From: Albugo candida
Lineage: Eukaryota
Assembly: GCA_040437565.1 (NCBI GenBank)
Contig: JBDOQK010000091.1
Span: 1 to 48,911, forward strand
DNA: 48,911 nucleotides
Direction: 5' to 3'
A program made the translations under genes and the position numbers. Positions within the stretch are counted from its first letter, which is position 1. The number at the start of each line of letters is the position of its first letter. This document shows, piece by piece, positions 1 to 14,592 of this stretch. Below the pieces are notes generated by a model. The model made no database searches and was not told the origin of the DNA. It was given only the letters and a program-made list of their open reading frames with translations.

Positions 1-313
1 TCACAGGTATTTCGCGAAAAGTTTTTATATGTATATATGTTATTTAAGATAGCCTAGGCAACTAGAAAAGTCAGTTAGTCTAATTCTAGTAATATAGACA
101 CCTTCAACTGATAGATTAGAGACACGTGCCTTGTTAAGGCGTCTCAGATCTTGTGCACTTTGTGATGGCGAATCCCTGGATCGTTAGGGCCCTTGAACAG
201 GGATTTTAAGCTCTTAAGCTTGTTGCCTCGTTGAGTCGAGTTCTGTTCAGAACTATATTGCTCGTCGAGCAGATATTCTTCTTCCTGCAAATAGCTATAC
301 TAGCTCCGCTACA
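1..313 (-). mobile_element. LTR of a retrotransposon, cut by the window edge; same family as the LTR at 35536-35905
   Basis: Reverse complement aligns with 35536-35847 and begins TGTAGCGG on the minus strand at 313. Confidence 0.85.
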
Positions 314-2959
314 GAGAGAATTCTGGATGGCAAGTTTCTCGTCGGTTGAGGATCGAATCACCGCTAATAGATACGGATTGGTACAGGGAAAGCGATGGTC
401 ATGCTTAGACATTGCAGCAACGCGGTATCGCATAATGTGATTGCGGTAGCTTGGGGTGGAAGCGTAGCATTCTTCTCTCTGATCATATGAACTTGATGAA
501 CTATCTTGCATCTAAATACGAGTAAATGGAATTTCGATTGAGAAAATGATGTTTTAGAACAACTTGAAATAGCCTGAGTTGGTGCAGACTTACATGGTAT
601 TTCCTAAAATTACAGTGTACAAATATTGATAAATACACCGCATTGAGTTCGGGGAGTCTCATGTAAATGTAAGAACTCATTTCAGGCAAAGGCAATAGGG
701 GCGATACCCATAACGACTGTCTTAGAAATCGGAGATAGGAAACTTATCTCCTCTTGCATATTTCGCACGCATAATGGGCCGACATGAGAAATGAGTATTT
801 GAATATCAACCATGCATGCCGTGAAGCCACTAGATTTTGGTCAGGCAAAAATGCACAAGTGAATACACCGTGGTTGTTCTCATTTGTTATGATGAATGGC
901 TGTACATTTAGCTCAGAAAAAAGCGAATAGAATGGTCAACCATTTTCTAATCGCAACTAGTTGTTGGGAATAAAAAAGTGGTACGTGATGAGCACCTTCG
1001 TGATACTTGACTTGGCAAGACCAGTAACATAGACGGAATGTAATAAAGCAAAATCGAATCGCTGAGTGTCGAAAAGAAGGCCGTAGGGTGCCACCAGTGG
1101 TCTGTATAATACTGGGAAATAAATTTATATCGTGAGGTAGAGAAGTAATCGGTGCTCTTATTCGCTTTCTCGGTGTTCATCGAAAAGTATCATTTATTCC
1201 ATTTCAAGTAGTTGTTTCTAGATGCGATAGTGCCTGCATACCGACAAGAACGTTAAATGATCTTTTAGGCATGTACCGATATCAGAGTTAGATTTTGGTT
1301 GTGATAACGAATCATTTCTTACGCGTGAAAGAAGGGTGTATTCCTGAGAACAAAAAGATCACGGTAATACGGTAGTGATTAGGTCTAAAAAGTGACATGT
1401 CATCTCTACATTAGTTGTAGAAGTGAAATGCAATTTTAGACGTATCAGTCTGTGGTTCATTTTACCATGTGACCGTAGAACTTCATCAACGAATCCATTT
1501 TTTCCGATCATGGCTCAACAAACTGAAAGAATCCGTGCGGTTGGAACACAAGCGATTGCCATCTCAAGATTACATTGTAACATTCGTAAGATTCTTATCA
1601 AGTGGTCGACTAAGCTTATGTAGCAACCTTGTTGCTATTATACAACCAAGAGTATGCTATTATGAACCTGACAATTTACAAGCAAGCTGCTGTACCTCTA
1701 TTGTGGAACGTTACTTTCGCAGCAATCTTTATCAAGCAGTCAGCTTGATCATTCAAACTTCATCTCAGCGCAGCATCGCGCATTTTAACTTCGGTAGCTA
1801 CATTAGGCTCAGTTTTATAAAAGGATTGTCATATTCGTCTTGTTTTGCGTCGAAGAAACTCCTAAAAAAAATATGCTAATAATACTCTCTATCAGCCTGC
1901 CTTATTTCCATGAGACGTTATAATGGTGAAGCGAATGCAAAATACAGAAAGTGACAGAATCTTTCCGGTTCTGTTGAATTTCGCACTGTTTGTTTTATTG
2001 ATGTGATATTTGTATCAAGATCTGTTTCATTAGCACTCACCTCAATAGCGAGTTGAGTTCCTCTTTGCTGGAAAAGGTGACTAATTTCACTTTTTTTTTT
2101 GCATTACGCATCACGTTTACTGCTGCCGTTAGGAATAGCTGACTATGATAGTCTTTGTATGTGAAGGCACAAAAAATTAGTCTTCAAATGTCTTACAAAC
2201 GTGTTTGATACAACGCCATCCCTTACGCATACATCGTGAACAACCGATTTGTTGAAAGCATGCTTCGAGAAAGTGGTGATATGCACTCTCATTCCTTCAT
2301 CGCTGAGATGCTGTCTACTTCAAATCTGAACACTCTCTTCGATAGACTCGAGAGGACAATTATCAAACCTTGCTATACGTATAGCCTGAATGAACCATTA
2401 ATTGGATATTCTTCCCTTTTGTGGCGAATCAATGTTCTTGTTTTGGTGGATATTACAAACGTGAAAACGGCCATGAGGTACCTAGAACTCAGGTAGAAAA
2501 CCTAGTTTCTTGAACGAAGAAAATGTCGCGGTTACGAATTCTATCAGTGGAATAATTCTTTTGAATAGCCGCAGAAGCATGGTTTTTTCAGTGTTCTTGG
2601 CTGTACCTACTGACTACTAGGCTTGTCGCTTTACAAAGAGGAATAATAAGCTATTTGGTTGGTGCCAAATACTGAAGTGAGTATATTATCCTTTATTCCC
2701 TACTAGAACTCTCTCTTCAAGTAGTCTTACCGGAAATGTAACGTCTCTGTCCCTGTAATACCATCCACGCAGTGATTAGGTCGCTAGAATATATACTCCC
2801 TGTGTCCCGATCTCAGCCAATATACATCGCTTCTCAACTATCCTCCTTCACGGAGTCGCACGTACGTAACATTGATTCAGATAGATCTGCATCGACGCGG
2901 AAATTTCCAGTCGATTGTGGGTTCACTACTATGGCTAACTCAATGTACGCTTCAGGAGA

Positions 2960-3570
2960 GCGCTCTTGCGGTGCACCGAGCAAGTCGCCGATTACATGTA
3001 ATTACAACAAGCGCCTGGTAGCTGGCTTGGCGAATTGCAAAGTACCTAAAGAAACCGAGGAACTTGAACTTCGACTTAAGAAAAAAGTAAGTGCAGCAAT
3101 CGCTACGGGTAACCTTACAATACAAGAAAACCTGACGCTGGTTTTGCTGGTGGTCAAGTCAATCGAAAATGTATAAGCGGCGGCATATATTTTGCGTTGA
3201 TGGCAAATTGTGTGATGGACTTGCCAAGAGTAGAACGCCGTAGCACAACCCACCATGGAAGCAAAGTTCGCATCGGCAGCACACGCGCAAGAAGACTTAT
3301 TACGGTTACTTGAGGTATTTACTGAATTGGATTTCAAGGTATTATTTCCGATGATTATGGAGATGGATGGATAAAAGCGGCAATTCGTCAATTGGAAAAG
3401 GGAGAAAGCTATACCCGTGCAAAGCATATTGACATCAAGCTGACATTTATTTAGGATAATGACAAAAAGTGTGTCTTGAAATCTCTACATCCCATCCAAA
3501 GTGATGCCGGCTGACCTGCTAACAAAGCATTAAGCGCGTTAGGACGCAGTGGGTCTACATCGTGCAAACT
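2960..3570 (+). mobile_element. Ty1/Copia pol relic (end of RT plus RNase H), frameshifted
   Basis: Translates to 'GESYTRAKHIDIKLTFI' (Copia RNase H KHID motif) followed by a degenerate ADxLTKAL-like segment; stops and frameshifts present. Boundaries approximate. Confidence 0.75.
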
Positions 3571-4379
3571 GGTGCCATAATCAAGTTTAATAGGGGTGGT
3601 CACAAAATGTGCATCATAGAGCTTAAAATTCAATTGGCATCTCCTAGATAATCGATTCTTGGTCAAGTTCGTATCCATCGTGAATCGAATGAGAACTTCT
3701 TTTTCCCAGAAACCTTTTCACAACTACAAGGTCATTGATATACAACTTTGCTGAAAGATTAGACGCTTCTTCAACTCGCTTCTTTCATATTTCCATCACT
3801 AGTAAATCATCGACGTATACTCTCGAGACAGTTTGACCCTTCATCTTAAGCTTTGTGGTAAGGACATGTATCCGTTACAAATTGCACAAACCCGATTACA
3901 ACATCTCTGTGTGCAATTGTTTTGCTTAAAGCCGCTCAGCCTGATTGACCCCATTAAGACAGCCCTTAAGCTGAAGTATCACCTCTTCAACTTGTTGCAT
4001 ATCAAGTCTGTTAAGCGCACAATCATACCCTGCGAAACATATAAAAATGGATGTGACAATTGCCAGAGACGTTTTCACTATTGGCACAGACAAAATACTT
4101 TCGATTGGCTAATTTTTGTGTAATGTAAAATGATTGGTCGATATGGTTGATAGATATATTACTACCGCTGCAACGTAAACTATACAATATCTTACACGAA
4201 TCCAATGTTCCACATTTTACCGCTTTCCTGCCTAACACGCAGCAACGTTCAACGACTTGCGCAATAATAACGGTTTCCGGGCAAAAAATGGATACATAAT
4301 ACACGGACGAATCTGATGGCAACGTTCAGTAAAAATTGCTGCAGTTAACAACCGGACTTGTGGAGTTGAAAATATACTC

Positions 4380-5030
4380 GAAAAGCCATGGAGAAGGCAT
4401 TGAATGCATTCGCCACATAAGACTGTGAGATAGCGACAAAAGCATTCTACAAGCAGCGTAACGGGCACTATACAGTTCATTACAAATGCGACCGAGGAAG
4501 GTCTTACCGCAATCGGATTGGTATAACGAAAGAAACGAGAGCCCAAAAGACCTCGGCAGTACTCGCTACTTGTCCATTCCACTTAAAAGCCATACAGGCT
4601 GAGCTGTAGTGGACTTTTCGCGTGGTTGAACAGGATTCTAATCGCATGCTATCCACCTCCAGAAGCGCCCATATTGTCCACCTCAGACTCGAGTCAGAAA
4701 AAGAAACGACAAAAAGTTGGACTGTATGATGCTGGATTCCCAACGAGAAAGAAGCATTCCAAATCGACAAGCCACAGCATAACACGAAAAAAGAAATTTT
4801 TTGTTTTCGAGGCACTGAACGTTATAGGAAATTGATCTACACACAATCAGATGTGTGGTCCGAGTCGAGGATAAAGTGAGTGCACTCTCCGCTCATTATC
4901 AACACGATCATGTTTACAACGAAACAAATCATAGTAGATATTTTTCCCTAAGAACAAAGTGTACAACGTCCGCCAAGCCGCAATTTTTAAAACTTTATAG
5001 TCGTACACCAATAGATGCCCTTGTTTTATA
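4380..5030 (+). mobile_element. Mutator-like (MULE) transposase relic, N-terminal FAR1/WRKY-like DNA-binding region
   Basis: One frame reads HYKCDRGRSYRNRIG...TCPFHLKAI...WTFRVVE; a later segment reads KVYNVRQAA...TPIDALV. Both are typical of fungal/oomycete MULE transposases. Confidence 0.7.
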
Positions 5031-5229
5031 GGCTACAGAAACTATACGTTACTTTTATTCAACCGACACCACAAAAAATAGGAGAAATAGAGATACCCAG
5101 CCAGATTACATTGTGTTTTCGACACCAAACCATTTGTGAAATATAAAGAGACGGTGTTTAAGCACTGAGATTGCACCAGGTAAGATTTAAAACGGGAAAA
5201 TAACTGCCCAAACAGGGTTTCACCCAGTC

Positions 5230-6130
5230 AAGCATTTTGACAGTAATACAGAACTGGCGTAAAATGGGTACGGCGGGGAGTCCCTAGTCGAGAGGAAGAC
5301 CACCAATGCTCTCAGAAAGGAAACTTAGGTCTATTGGGCACACTGGATGTTGGACCAGCGGGACCCAAAATCAGAAATCGCAAAACAATGTGAATATTTT
5401 GGCATCGCTAGGCAAAATCTGTAGCGCCATCCATGGAATGGGCATCAAAAGCTGAATTGCCTCCAAGAAGCCTTTTTTGACGGATAAGCAAAGCTCAAAT
5501 GATTGAGGTTTGCTCGGAAATAAATAAATTGGACAGTCGAGGACTGGAAAAAGATCATTTGGACCGACGAGTACACCTGAGACTTTGGCAAGAATTGTTG
5601 CCAGGTTGTTGTGTGGCGTCACGTCGAAAAAAAGTTCGTTCGTTTTTGAGTTTTTGGCGCCAACATTATAGGCATGAACGGTCGTCGATGATGATCTGGG
5701 GTGCTCTCGCTGGTAAGATGATTCTGCGGATGGTAAGGCAACATCGGACTGCCACCAAATACGTCAGACTAATCTATGATGCTGCATTTGGACCATGGAT
5801 GGACGACCAGGATGACAAGAAAGACCTAATATTTATGATGGATAATGGACTAGTCCACAGTACTAGCGCACCAAAGACCTGGCGTGAAAAGCGGTCGCTA
5901 GCATACTTTGAATGGCCTGCTCAGTGTCATGATCTTTACACCATCAAAAACCTGTGGAAGAATCTTGACGATGCCGTCCAAAACCGCGACGGGCCAAAAA
6001 TATCGAAGAATTGGCTACCATAGTTCTGATTAATATCCCAAGCTATCTCTCAAAATACTCCGATGCCTAGTAGAGTTAATGTCAAGGTGAATCGCTGCTG
6101 TCTGCTGCCAAGGGTGAATCAACTGGCTGG
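5230..6130 (+). mobile_element. Tc1/mariner (DD34E) transposase pseudogene
   Basis: Motifs 'ASKKPFLT', 'IWTDE', 'MIWGA', 'FMMDNG' and 'WPAQCHDLYTIKNLW' (consensus WPxQSPDLNPIENLW). 34 residues separate the second D from the catalytic E position, which is mutated to K. Frameshifted; TIRs not found. Confidence 0.88.
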
Positions 6131-6829
6131 TGAATCCTCCCCAATGCCACGCACAATTTTGACGAACACTCCAGTTTCTGGATACCTGCATAGAAATACC
6201 CCTGCAACGATTTTGAATAGACTTCATTGCCAGCCTCGAGCATTGAAAAATTGATTCTTTGTCAATGCTGAGGGGCTAATTTAACCCTTACATGAAAAAT
6301 AACGTGGTGGGATACTAGAGAAATTTCGCAAATTCCAATTGATGTTGAAACAATGAAGAGCGATGATAACGGAAAATTTTCCCACGCGTAGTTTGTTCAT
6401 CCAAGATCGTGAGAGATGGCTCGGAGTCACGATGATATTTTTCAGGTGGATGCCACATGAACGCCAAATATTATGAATTAATCCACCATAATAAAAAATA
6501 TAACGAGTATGATAACGATCATATAAATGGTTAAGCTTCCGTTGTTGCATCTCGTTGGGCGCTCGTCAACGTATAAAAAATTTCATCGCATTTGTTCTTA
6601 TGGGAAAGGAGAGTCAGTTGTCATACTCCTCACCAATAAGCTTCTTTCGATCGATCGGGATGATCCTCCGCCGAAGGAATTGTTTTGTCGTTGATCGCGA
6701 GCTGGTGCTAATTCCAGAAAAATAAAAACACTTCCCACCTTTACAAATTCTTTCATTGTATGTCATATTGAAAGAAACACAGTGCATAAATACTAAGCAT
6801 CGATTTCAAAAGGAGAAGGATACATAGCC

Positions 6830-7770
6830 TTCATGAAGGAAGGTAGCAGTAAATTATGCAACACCAGAAGGCTCCTTTGATTAACTATGAACGCTATGGA
6901 AGCTTTGCGAATTGCGTGAAGACAGTGCAATCATCATATACATTGTCGAAACTTGGAATATCTACAAGGAAATTTTTCCGCAGCTTGAACTACCGCATAA
7001 CGAACTGGCATTTCGTTCATACTGCAACCTCTCGCGGTGGAAGTTATCACCACATGGTTAAGCAATATATACCAACCAGCATGTGCAACCATATTTCATG
7101 CCGCGAGAAATATTCCTAGCTATTGATAATAATCCTACAGACGATGTGGCCGACAGCGTCAACAAATGAATATGCAACTATGCACAGCCAACACCTCAAA
7201 GAATGATTTTTCAAGTTATCAATTTTGATATCTCTCATTATGCACTAAAAGAAATCTATGAACATCTGTTACGTTCCACCAGCCACAAAGAAGCGACGAA
7301 GAAGTATGATCTGGAGTATTTCGCACCGTCTCGGGTCTTCCCTGCAAGCAAAAATTACATCACTACCTTCGTCGAAAACGAAACTAGCAAATGAGCGACA
7401 TTGATCCGCGTCGGCACTTGCCTAAGCCTCAGCGACTAAGGAATCTTCGGTTGCTGCTCGTCAAAATTTTCGCGAGTTTACTTGATCGAATGGTCGCCAT
7501 GTTTGAGACCTTGCCAGACCATGAGCAGGCTACGACAATCGGCGAACTTCACACAGTTTCGCATCAAATTCCAATAACTTTGCAAGAGTCAGTAATTGTG
7601 CTCCGCAGAGGGAGGCCACGCCCACAAGATGGATCGCCGCGATGCAATTTATCTGTGTTTGCATATCTGGAACTCAACAAAAGCACCAAAATAATGATTT
7701 ATGCAGAGCTTCTCGTAAAGAAGGGCACCGCTCGAACTTCATACGTCCAAGTACCACTTTGATGGATTTG
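6830..7770 (+). mobile_element. MULE transposase relic, C-terminal part; probably the continuation of 4380-5030
   Basis: 'HFVHTATSRGGSYHHMVKQYI' (cf. HFGxxTTSRxEGxHxxxKxY), 'ISHYALK', 'RRGRP' and a degenerate terminal zinc knuckle 'CRASRKEGH'. Confidence 0.72.
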
Positions 7771-7989
7771 GACTATCCAAACACGTTCCTGCATCTCACT
7801 CTCCACAATGTTTTGAATCTATGGTACCTTTTTCATAAAAGAAATGGAGAGGCAAGTAAAGCCAATCTCTCAGCCAATCATATTACTTTTTCATGAATAG
7901 ATCAATCAGAGCTATATTGTTTCTGACAACAGTGAATACGTGTGTGACAATTGTCGCACCATATAGATATTGTTGATATCAGACTCCGT

Positions 7990-8666
7990 CGGTGCCTTGG
8001 CGTATGCATTTGACACATAGCCATGTCTCGGTAGCACGCCTCGATACTACAATAATGCCACGATAATTTTGCCGTTGTCATGTCCATGACAACGGCAAAT
8101 GTCATCATCGATTTTTCTCCATATGACTGCTCATTACCGCACACTACCGTTCGTGACTTGTAGCGTTTAATGTCACAACCCGCATTTGTTTTCGTCTGAA
8201 ATACCCATTACATTGAAGAGCGCATATGTTCAGTTCGTTTAACGAGTTTCCACGTTTCCTTCGCGATCAGTCAATCAGGTTCGGATTTTTCTTTACGTTT
8301 TCATTCTTCACTTTTGTCGCTTATCATTGCAGCATTCGAGTTCTTTGAGCTTCGTGGTAAACTTCCCAGCTATTTACCTTATTAATATTTATTTTCACCG
8401 TAATGCGTCACCATACCCAGGCCTAGAACTGGCACTAACGATTCATCGGCACGACCTTTTGCGAACCATCTTCCTTACCCCCCACATTTTCCTTGAGGTC
8501 TCTTGAAATATCCCTTGTGCGGCTCCTTTCGATTTCCAGTACCGCTACTTGTATTTGCAAGCTTCTGATCGCTAATAACTCCCTCAAATCCGTCTCCTTC
8601 TTTAAGGATGAGGTGCGCATTTGTTTCCTCGCACGAGGTCTTGATATTCTGGATATGCTGCGTGAT
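7990..8666 (-). mobile_element. Ty1/Copia reverse transcriptase N-terminal relic, ending at an assembly gap
   Basis: Minus strand reads 'WVFQTKTNAGCDIKRYKSRTVVCGNEQSYG...TFAVVMDMTTAKL', homologous to the RT segment at 11101-11292. Confidence 0.78.
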
Positions 8667-9668
8667 NNNNNNNNNNNNNNNNNNNNNNNNNNNNNNNNNN
8701 NNNNNNNNNNNNNNNNNNNNNNNNNNNNNNNNNNNNNNNNNNNNNNNNNNNNNNNNNNNNNNNNNNCGTCAGCGAATAGAAAATATAGATATATCGATAA
8801 AGAAATAGTTTTGTGTTATACGTTTTTTCGCCCTCAAATTTCTGTATTTCGTAGTATTTTTCTTATGGTAACCTAATGTCGAATCATTACAGCTTCGTAA
8901 CGCTACAGCAAATATGTAGCATCTTTGTGGAAATTACAGCGACAAAAGGTTATGCCGTTTCTATCTCCTCGAAGAGCAATGGTTACGTTCTGGCAAACTC
9001 TAGTGTCTCCTAATGTTCTTTCATTCCGCTAACTCTGTTTATATATTCTGGTATGGGCCTGGACTTCATAGTGGTCGCATAGGTAGGATGTAAGAGAACA
9101 CGTCAGACGTGATGCTACCAAATGATTCAAATTTAGCGTAGCCATTTATTTATTATCATCTATTTTTCTAACTAATATACTTCCTCGCCTCTTCCTACCC
9201 ACACGTAGCCATCTATTAAATCAAAAACCAAAAACCCAGGGGATTCAATTTCAATTTCTGCGGGTATGATGTCAAAAGACATTCTAGAAGTAGTAAACCC
9301 TGGCTTGTTGTGTTTCTGAAAAAGTACCACCGTCAGAGTTCTTGCCGTCACGGTAACTGGAATAGCACGACTACGATAGACGCACACCCGTACGACTGTA
9401 TCACAACTCTTCTACCATCCTTGCCTAGTGAAGTTCCATAGGCTTAGTTATATCAATATTCACAAATTTCTCATCTCATACAATTCTTATATTGCGTTCA
9501 GCAGCACTCAGAGTTGTGATATGAAGCCACAATTCTGTGAGCGTTAATCAGACATACGTACTTGAAAGATCTGCAAGCGAAACATTCCTTATTTACTCCA
9601 CCAGAAGTAAAAATCAAACCATTTCGGCATATCCAACGGCCAAAGCTACAATGCCTTTTGTGAAGGTC

Positions 9669-9853
9669 TGTTCTTTTAAGAGGTACTGCTGAAAAAATAG
9701 ACAAAAGGAAGTGATTCGATCTTGGCTTATCGCTGAAACCCTAACATAATCAGCCCGGTGATTACGGTGATTACTTAATGGGTCCAGACAGTGGTTGATC
9801 GACCCAGCCCTTTATTCCATATGCTTCGTCGGTATGACGAAAGTAATCTCATA
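9669..9853 (-). repeat. 3' LTR of the Copia element at 9669-14774
   Basis: TATGAG...GAACA on the minus strand, directly after the PPT. Shares blocks with 14593-14774 (ttggcttatcgc, ccctaacataatca, gatcgacccagcc, cttcgtcggtatgacga). Confidence 0.8.
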
Positions 9854-12800
9854 CTCCTCCTCGGTCGTCTCACGCCTTGTTCGTTCTCACGGTCATCAAT
9901 CCTTCATTTACCTCAAGATGAAAAGCTCCATCAGCTTCGCCATTCTTGGCACCAGTAAAGCCTTAGTATAAATGTCGGCCATCATTATTCGTGACTCAAC
10001 ATACTCTGATCTCACGATGTCTCTTTTTTCAATTTCACATACAACCTTTAGTCGTACATCGACGTGTTTCGAGCTGGACATGATGCCTTCCGTATCTATT
10101 TTCTGGATAGCTTTCTGGTTATCTGTGAATATAGATATTGCACCATCACCGTAATTCCGACCTTTCGGAGTAGCTTCCTCATTCCTAACAGTTCGCGTCC
10201 AATGTATACTTCTGAATGCTCTTGCAGAACCACAGCGCTGCTGTGTCATACAAGGTAAGGGCTTCGTCAGTAAAAGTCATCCTGGCCGTCTTATAGCCAG
10301 CAAATCGGATTCGCTCTAACATGCAACTGAGACATCTCTCGGGTTCTTATTATTGATTCTTATCTCTAACTTCGTGCTCTTCAAATTCTTCACGTATTGG
10401 GCAACCCTTTTCACCAGTTTCCAGTCATTTATCGTGGGTCAATGAGTACCTCACTTTATCTTGTGCACTGAAAAGCTGATGCCAGGGCTCAACTGGAAAT
10501 CTCTTAGGGTCGGCTCATCTCTTGTGGTCGCTTATACAGATAAGAAACCGGATTATCCTTTGTGTAGTTGTTCTCGTCTCCAAACGGAGAGCGTAACCTT
10601 TTCGCGTTCGGCAGCCCGTGTTGATCAAGTTATTCCACAATCGCCGACTTTTGATCTAGCAAATATATGTCTTCATTTAGAGCTACTCGTATTCCTGAAA
10701 ATTTGCTAACTGGTGTCAGGTGCTTAATAGACAGAATTCCCAATTTATTCGAAAAAAGTGCTCACCAGTATCGCCTTAGGCGCCATCCCCAACTAGTCGT
10801 CAACATAGGTGCCAGCGATTGTTGTGTCGCCTTCTTTTTGCCTGAATATACAGACACATATCGGTCACGAAACGAATAAAACGAGCATACACTAGCTTGT
10901 AGCAGCTCTCTCCGCAAACTACCGGCTTACTTCAACCCGTACAGTGACTTCTGAAGCTTCAATGCCAGCTTGTCCTTTGTATCCACACCACGTTTCTTGA
11001 GCACATTTTTCTGATTTTCATGCCTTGCGGTATCGCCAGTAATATCTCTAGGTGCTGTTCCTTTTATTCCTTTACGTACGAGTTGGGAATGTCTCAATGG
11101 CTAGCGGCCACAACCCAACGCAAACACCAGAATCGCCTTCACTGTAGCTAGATCCATCACCGACGCAAATGTCAGGCCGTAACCAGCTTCGTAGACTTGT
11201 TCGTTGCCACAAGCATCCAAACGTGCCTTAAAACGTTCGATGACCCCATCGGCATCCGACTTGGTCTTATAGACCCACTTGTTGTGTAGCACGTGAATCT
11301 TCTATGGTGCTATTTTCACCAACCAGACTCCATTATCCTTCAGTGCATCACCCTCTTCCGTCATCGCGATCACCCATTTATCTTTTAGCTCACTCTCGAT
11401 GGCTTCTCCATAGTTCCTATGGTCTGGACTATGTACACAACCATGCATGACCTGCGTCGCTTCGCCCTCTCGCTTCCTTGACCACAGCTACTGCATCCCT
11501 TTTGTGCCCCACTAAACTTGTATGGTGTCTATCACGCGTTCAAACCGTAAATTGAGCTCCTATTTACGCCGCTACACTTTCGCAGACGTTCTAATTTGAT
11601 CAATTTTGCTTCCTGTCCGACAACTCTCATGGTTGCTCACCCGGCGATTTTTCGGCTACCATTTTCGTCAATTCTTCAACGTCAGGGTGTTAAACGCTTC
11701 TGAGCTGCTCGTTCTGTTCCTTTGTTGGTGTTTCCACGTTTCTGACGTGATGAGCAACCATCACTTTCTTGCCCCAATAAATGTAAACCCGGTATCCTTT
11801 GACTTCATCAATTTTTACAATAATCACGCCAGTTGTTCCTCGCTCTCCTAGAGATTTGTTTCTTGCGTCACGACGCACCGCGCATGTAGATCCAGACTGA
11901 GCAATATCACACAGATCTTGCATAGTCCTTGTGCTTAGGCTCCTGTTTGAGATGTAGGCTGCGTATTCCACGAAATCTTCCCAGTAGATTAAAAAAGGTC
12001 CACAAACATACACCATCCTATACATAATGGTGAAGTGCATCTTTTCTTCTTTATCATTGCTCACCTGATTTCTTGGTTCACTCACTTTCGCGCGATTCCT
12101 CCTACCTTGAAAAATAGGTCTAGCATCCGGTATTCACCTCCTCCATCAGTACTCAGCACATGAATCCGACAGTTAAACTAAGCTCAGAGAAAAACATGAA
12201 GTNNNNNNNNNNNNNNNNNNNNNNNNNNNNNNNNNNNNNNNNNNNNNNNNNNNNNNNNNNNNNNNNNNNNNNNNNNNNNNNNNNNNNNNNNNNNNNNNNN
12301 NNCACACAGATCTTGCATAGTCCTTGTGCTTAGGCTCCTGTTTGAGATGTAGGCTGCGTATTCCACGAAATCTTCCCAGTAGATTAAGAAAGGTCCACAA
12401 ACATACACCATCCTATACATAATGGTGAAGTGCATCTTTTCTTCTTTATCATTGCTCACCTGATTTCTTGGTTCACTCACTTTCGCGCGATTCCTCCTAC
12501 CTTGAAAAATAGGTCTAGCATCCGGTATTCACCTCCTCCATCAGTACTCAGCACATGAATCCGACAGTTAAACTAAGCTCAGAGAAAAACATGAAGTGCT
12601 TAAACTTCTGGGCCGCGACGTCCTTAGGCTTGGCGATGAGAACACTGCAATAGTTCGTTCGATGGTCGATAAAGTTCACCATATTTTGATTCCCCAGTAA
12701 ATCTCTCCTGGTCGTGGGTCCTTTCAATTCGAGAATATTACTTCTCCAACAACATCGATATTTCCGTTTTCGCGCGTATGTTGTCTCGGTTGCTTATTCT

Positions 12801-14592
12801 TCATCGGTTTTTTTTTGCGCACAGGCAAATCAGTTCAAATACCCACCTCGTCTATTATCAGAATATTAGAAGCTGGATCCTTCGCAATACCGATGATCTT
12901 GTCAAAATGAAGATGTTACAAACGCCGATGGATATGCATGAGGTATCCTTTTTGTACGTCCTGATAAACTTCAAATCCGTTTTGGGTCAACCTAGACATT
13001 GGAACATCAACGGCACGCAAACAATTCTTGTCGTCTAGTATACGAACAATCAAGGTATTTTCATCGTTTCGACGTCGAAGATGACCGGCCCACCATCTAT
13101 TCCGGGGACCACACAGCTATATAAAACGCCATATCCTGTTGCCTCCAACAAAGCATACGTAACGATGCTTCGTTTAAGATACGTATTATACTGTACGTTT
13201 GAATGCTGAACCCTTGTCATTCTTCCCATCACTGAAGTCGTTATGATGGCCATCGTACGTTTTCGTGATCCGTAAAGCTTCTCCGTCTGCAGCCACACAC
13301 TCGCTAGTGTATTAGTGACTTTATTCAGAGTCTTAAATTATTCATTAGGTGACGACTTGATCCTCTGCTTAGTATCCAGTATGATTGACCAAAAGTCTTG
13401 TCCTTCACTGCTATAACAAAGTGGCTTCTGATCGTTTTGAACGATCTCGCCTATTTCTGGACATCCTCTGTTCACATGACCAGCCTTTCAGCATTTGAAA
13501 CACGTTCTTGGTTCATTCCTTTCGGAATGTACCACGTTGACCAAGTCCTTCCCACTTTTTTCAAATCAATCTCGGTTGAATGAGCAAAGTGAGCCATCTC
13601 ATCAGCCTGTCTAAAGTAGTCAGTAAAAGCTAGATTTAGCCTTGAAATCAGCGTCACTCGCATTGCCGGGGCTTTGTAGTGATCAATTTGTTCGGAATGA
13701 GGCTATCGACAGCTCCACACGTCTCGCTGACCTCTAGAAGATATAGGTAATGCTCTGTCCAGCTTCTCTTGGCGCTATTTTTTACAGTGAACCTCTTCAT
13801 ATTCTGGGCAGGAGTAATCTCACTGTTGAACGTGTGGCGCAGACGCTGTATCGCATGCTCGAGAGTCTGTTTCTCCTCTCTCCTGTCTTAAACTTGTTGA
13901 TTGTATTACCTCTTGGCCACTCCCTTCACAAGATACCCGAGGGCATCGACCTTCACATCCTGTGACCGCTGAAACCCACCCACACGCACGCTCCTGAAAC
14001 TGCATTTTCCCTTACGAATCGCTTGCCCCATGACAGAACCCACTACCCAATCCCAGACATACTTTCTTTCCATCGCATGTGTGTTCTCCAAGCTTTCTCT
14101 GCCTCGTGTCAGGCACACGACCAAAATCCGCAACTGGAGGATGTACCGGGTGATTCATAGTTGGCAGTTGGTACACCTGCGGCGCCTGCACCATCTAAAC
14201 AATCCTTACCGCCTGTTCGTACACCGGCTGCTTCGTACCGAAGTATGTAGCCGTCGATAACGTAGGTGTGACGGCTCGCGGCGGCGTCATGTCTAGAGCC
14301 CAGCGATGCACGGACCTTCCTTGTCCCAACGATGATCCAAGTACGCTTTTTTCGTCCCTTCATCTGCTCTTCCAAATCCCGTCACCTTTGCGACTCCACT
14401 AACCGTTTCATGCGCTTTCCGAGGACCGTAAGTAGACTCAGCAGCTTATCCTGACTTTCCTTCGAATTATCATGATTATTGACCTCTATTTTCTCTTTCA
14501 GTGGATCACCAACCCTTTCGCGACCGGTCGCTACACTCGACTGCTCGCTGGATTATTCCGCAGCAGCAGTATTCCCAACTGGGTTTATAACC

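Noticed and set aside
6281-6290. TTAACCCT piggyBac-like end
   Set aside because: No matching inverted end found.
8767-9062. Possible Copia LTR followed by PBS-like TGGTATGGGCCTGG
   Set aside because: No CA terminus before the motif, no partner LTR, and no gag downstream.
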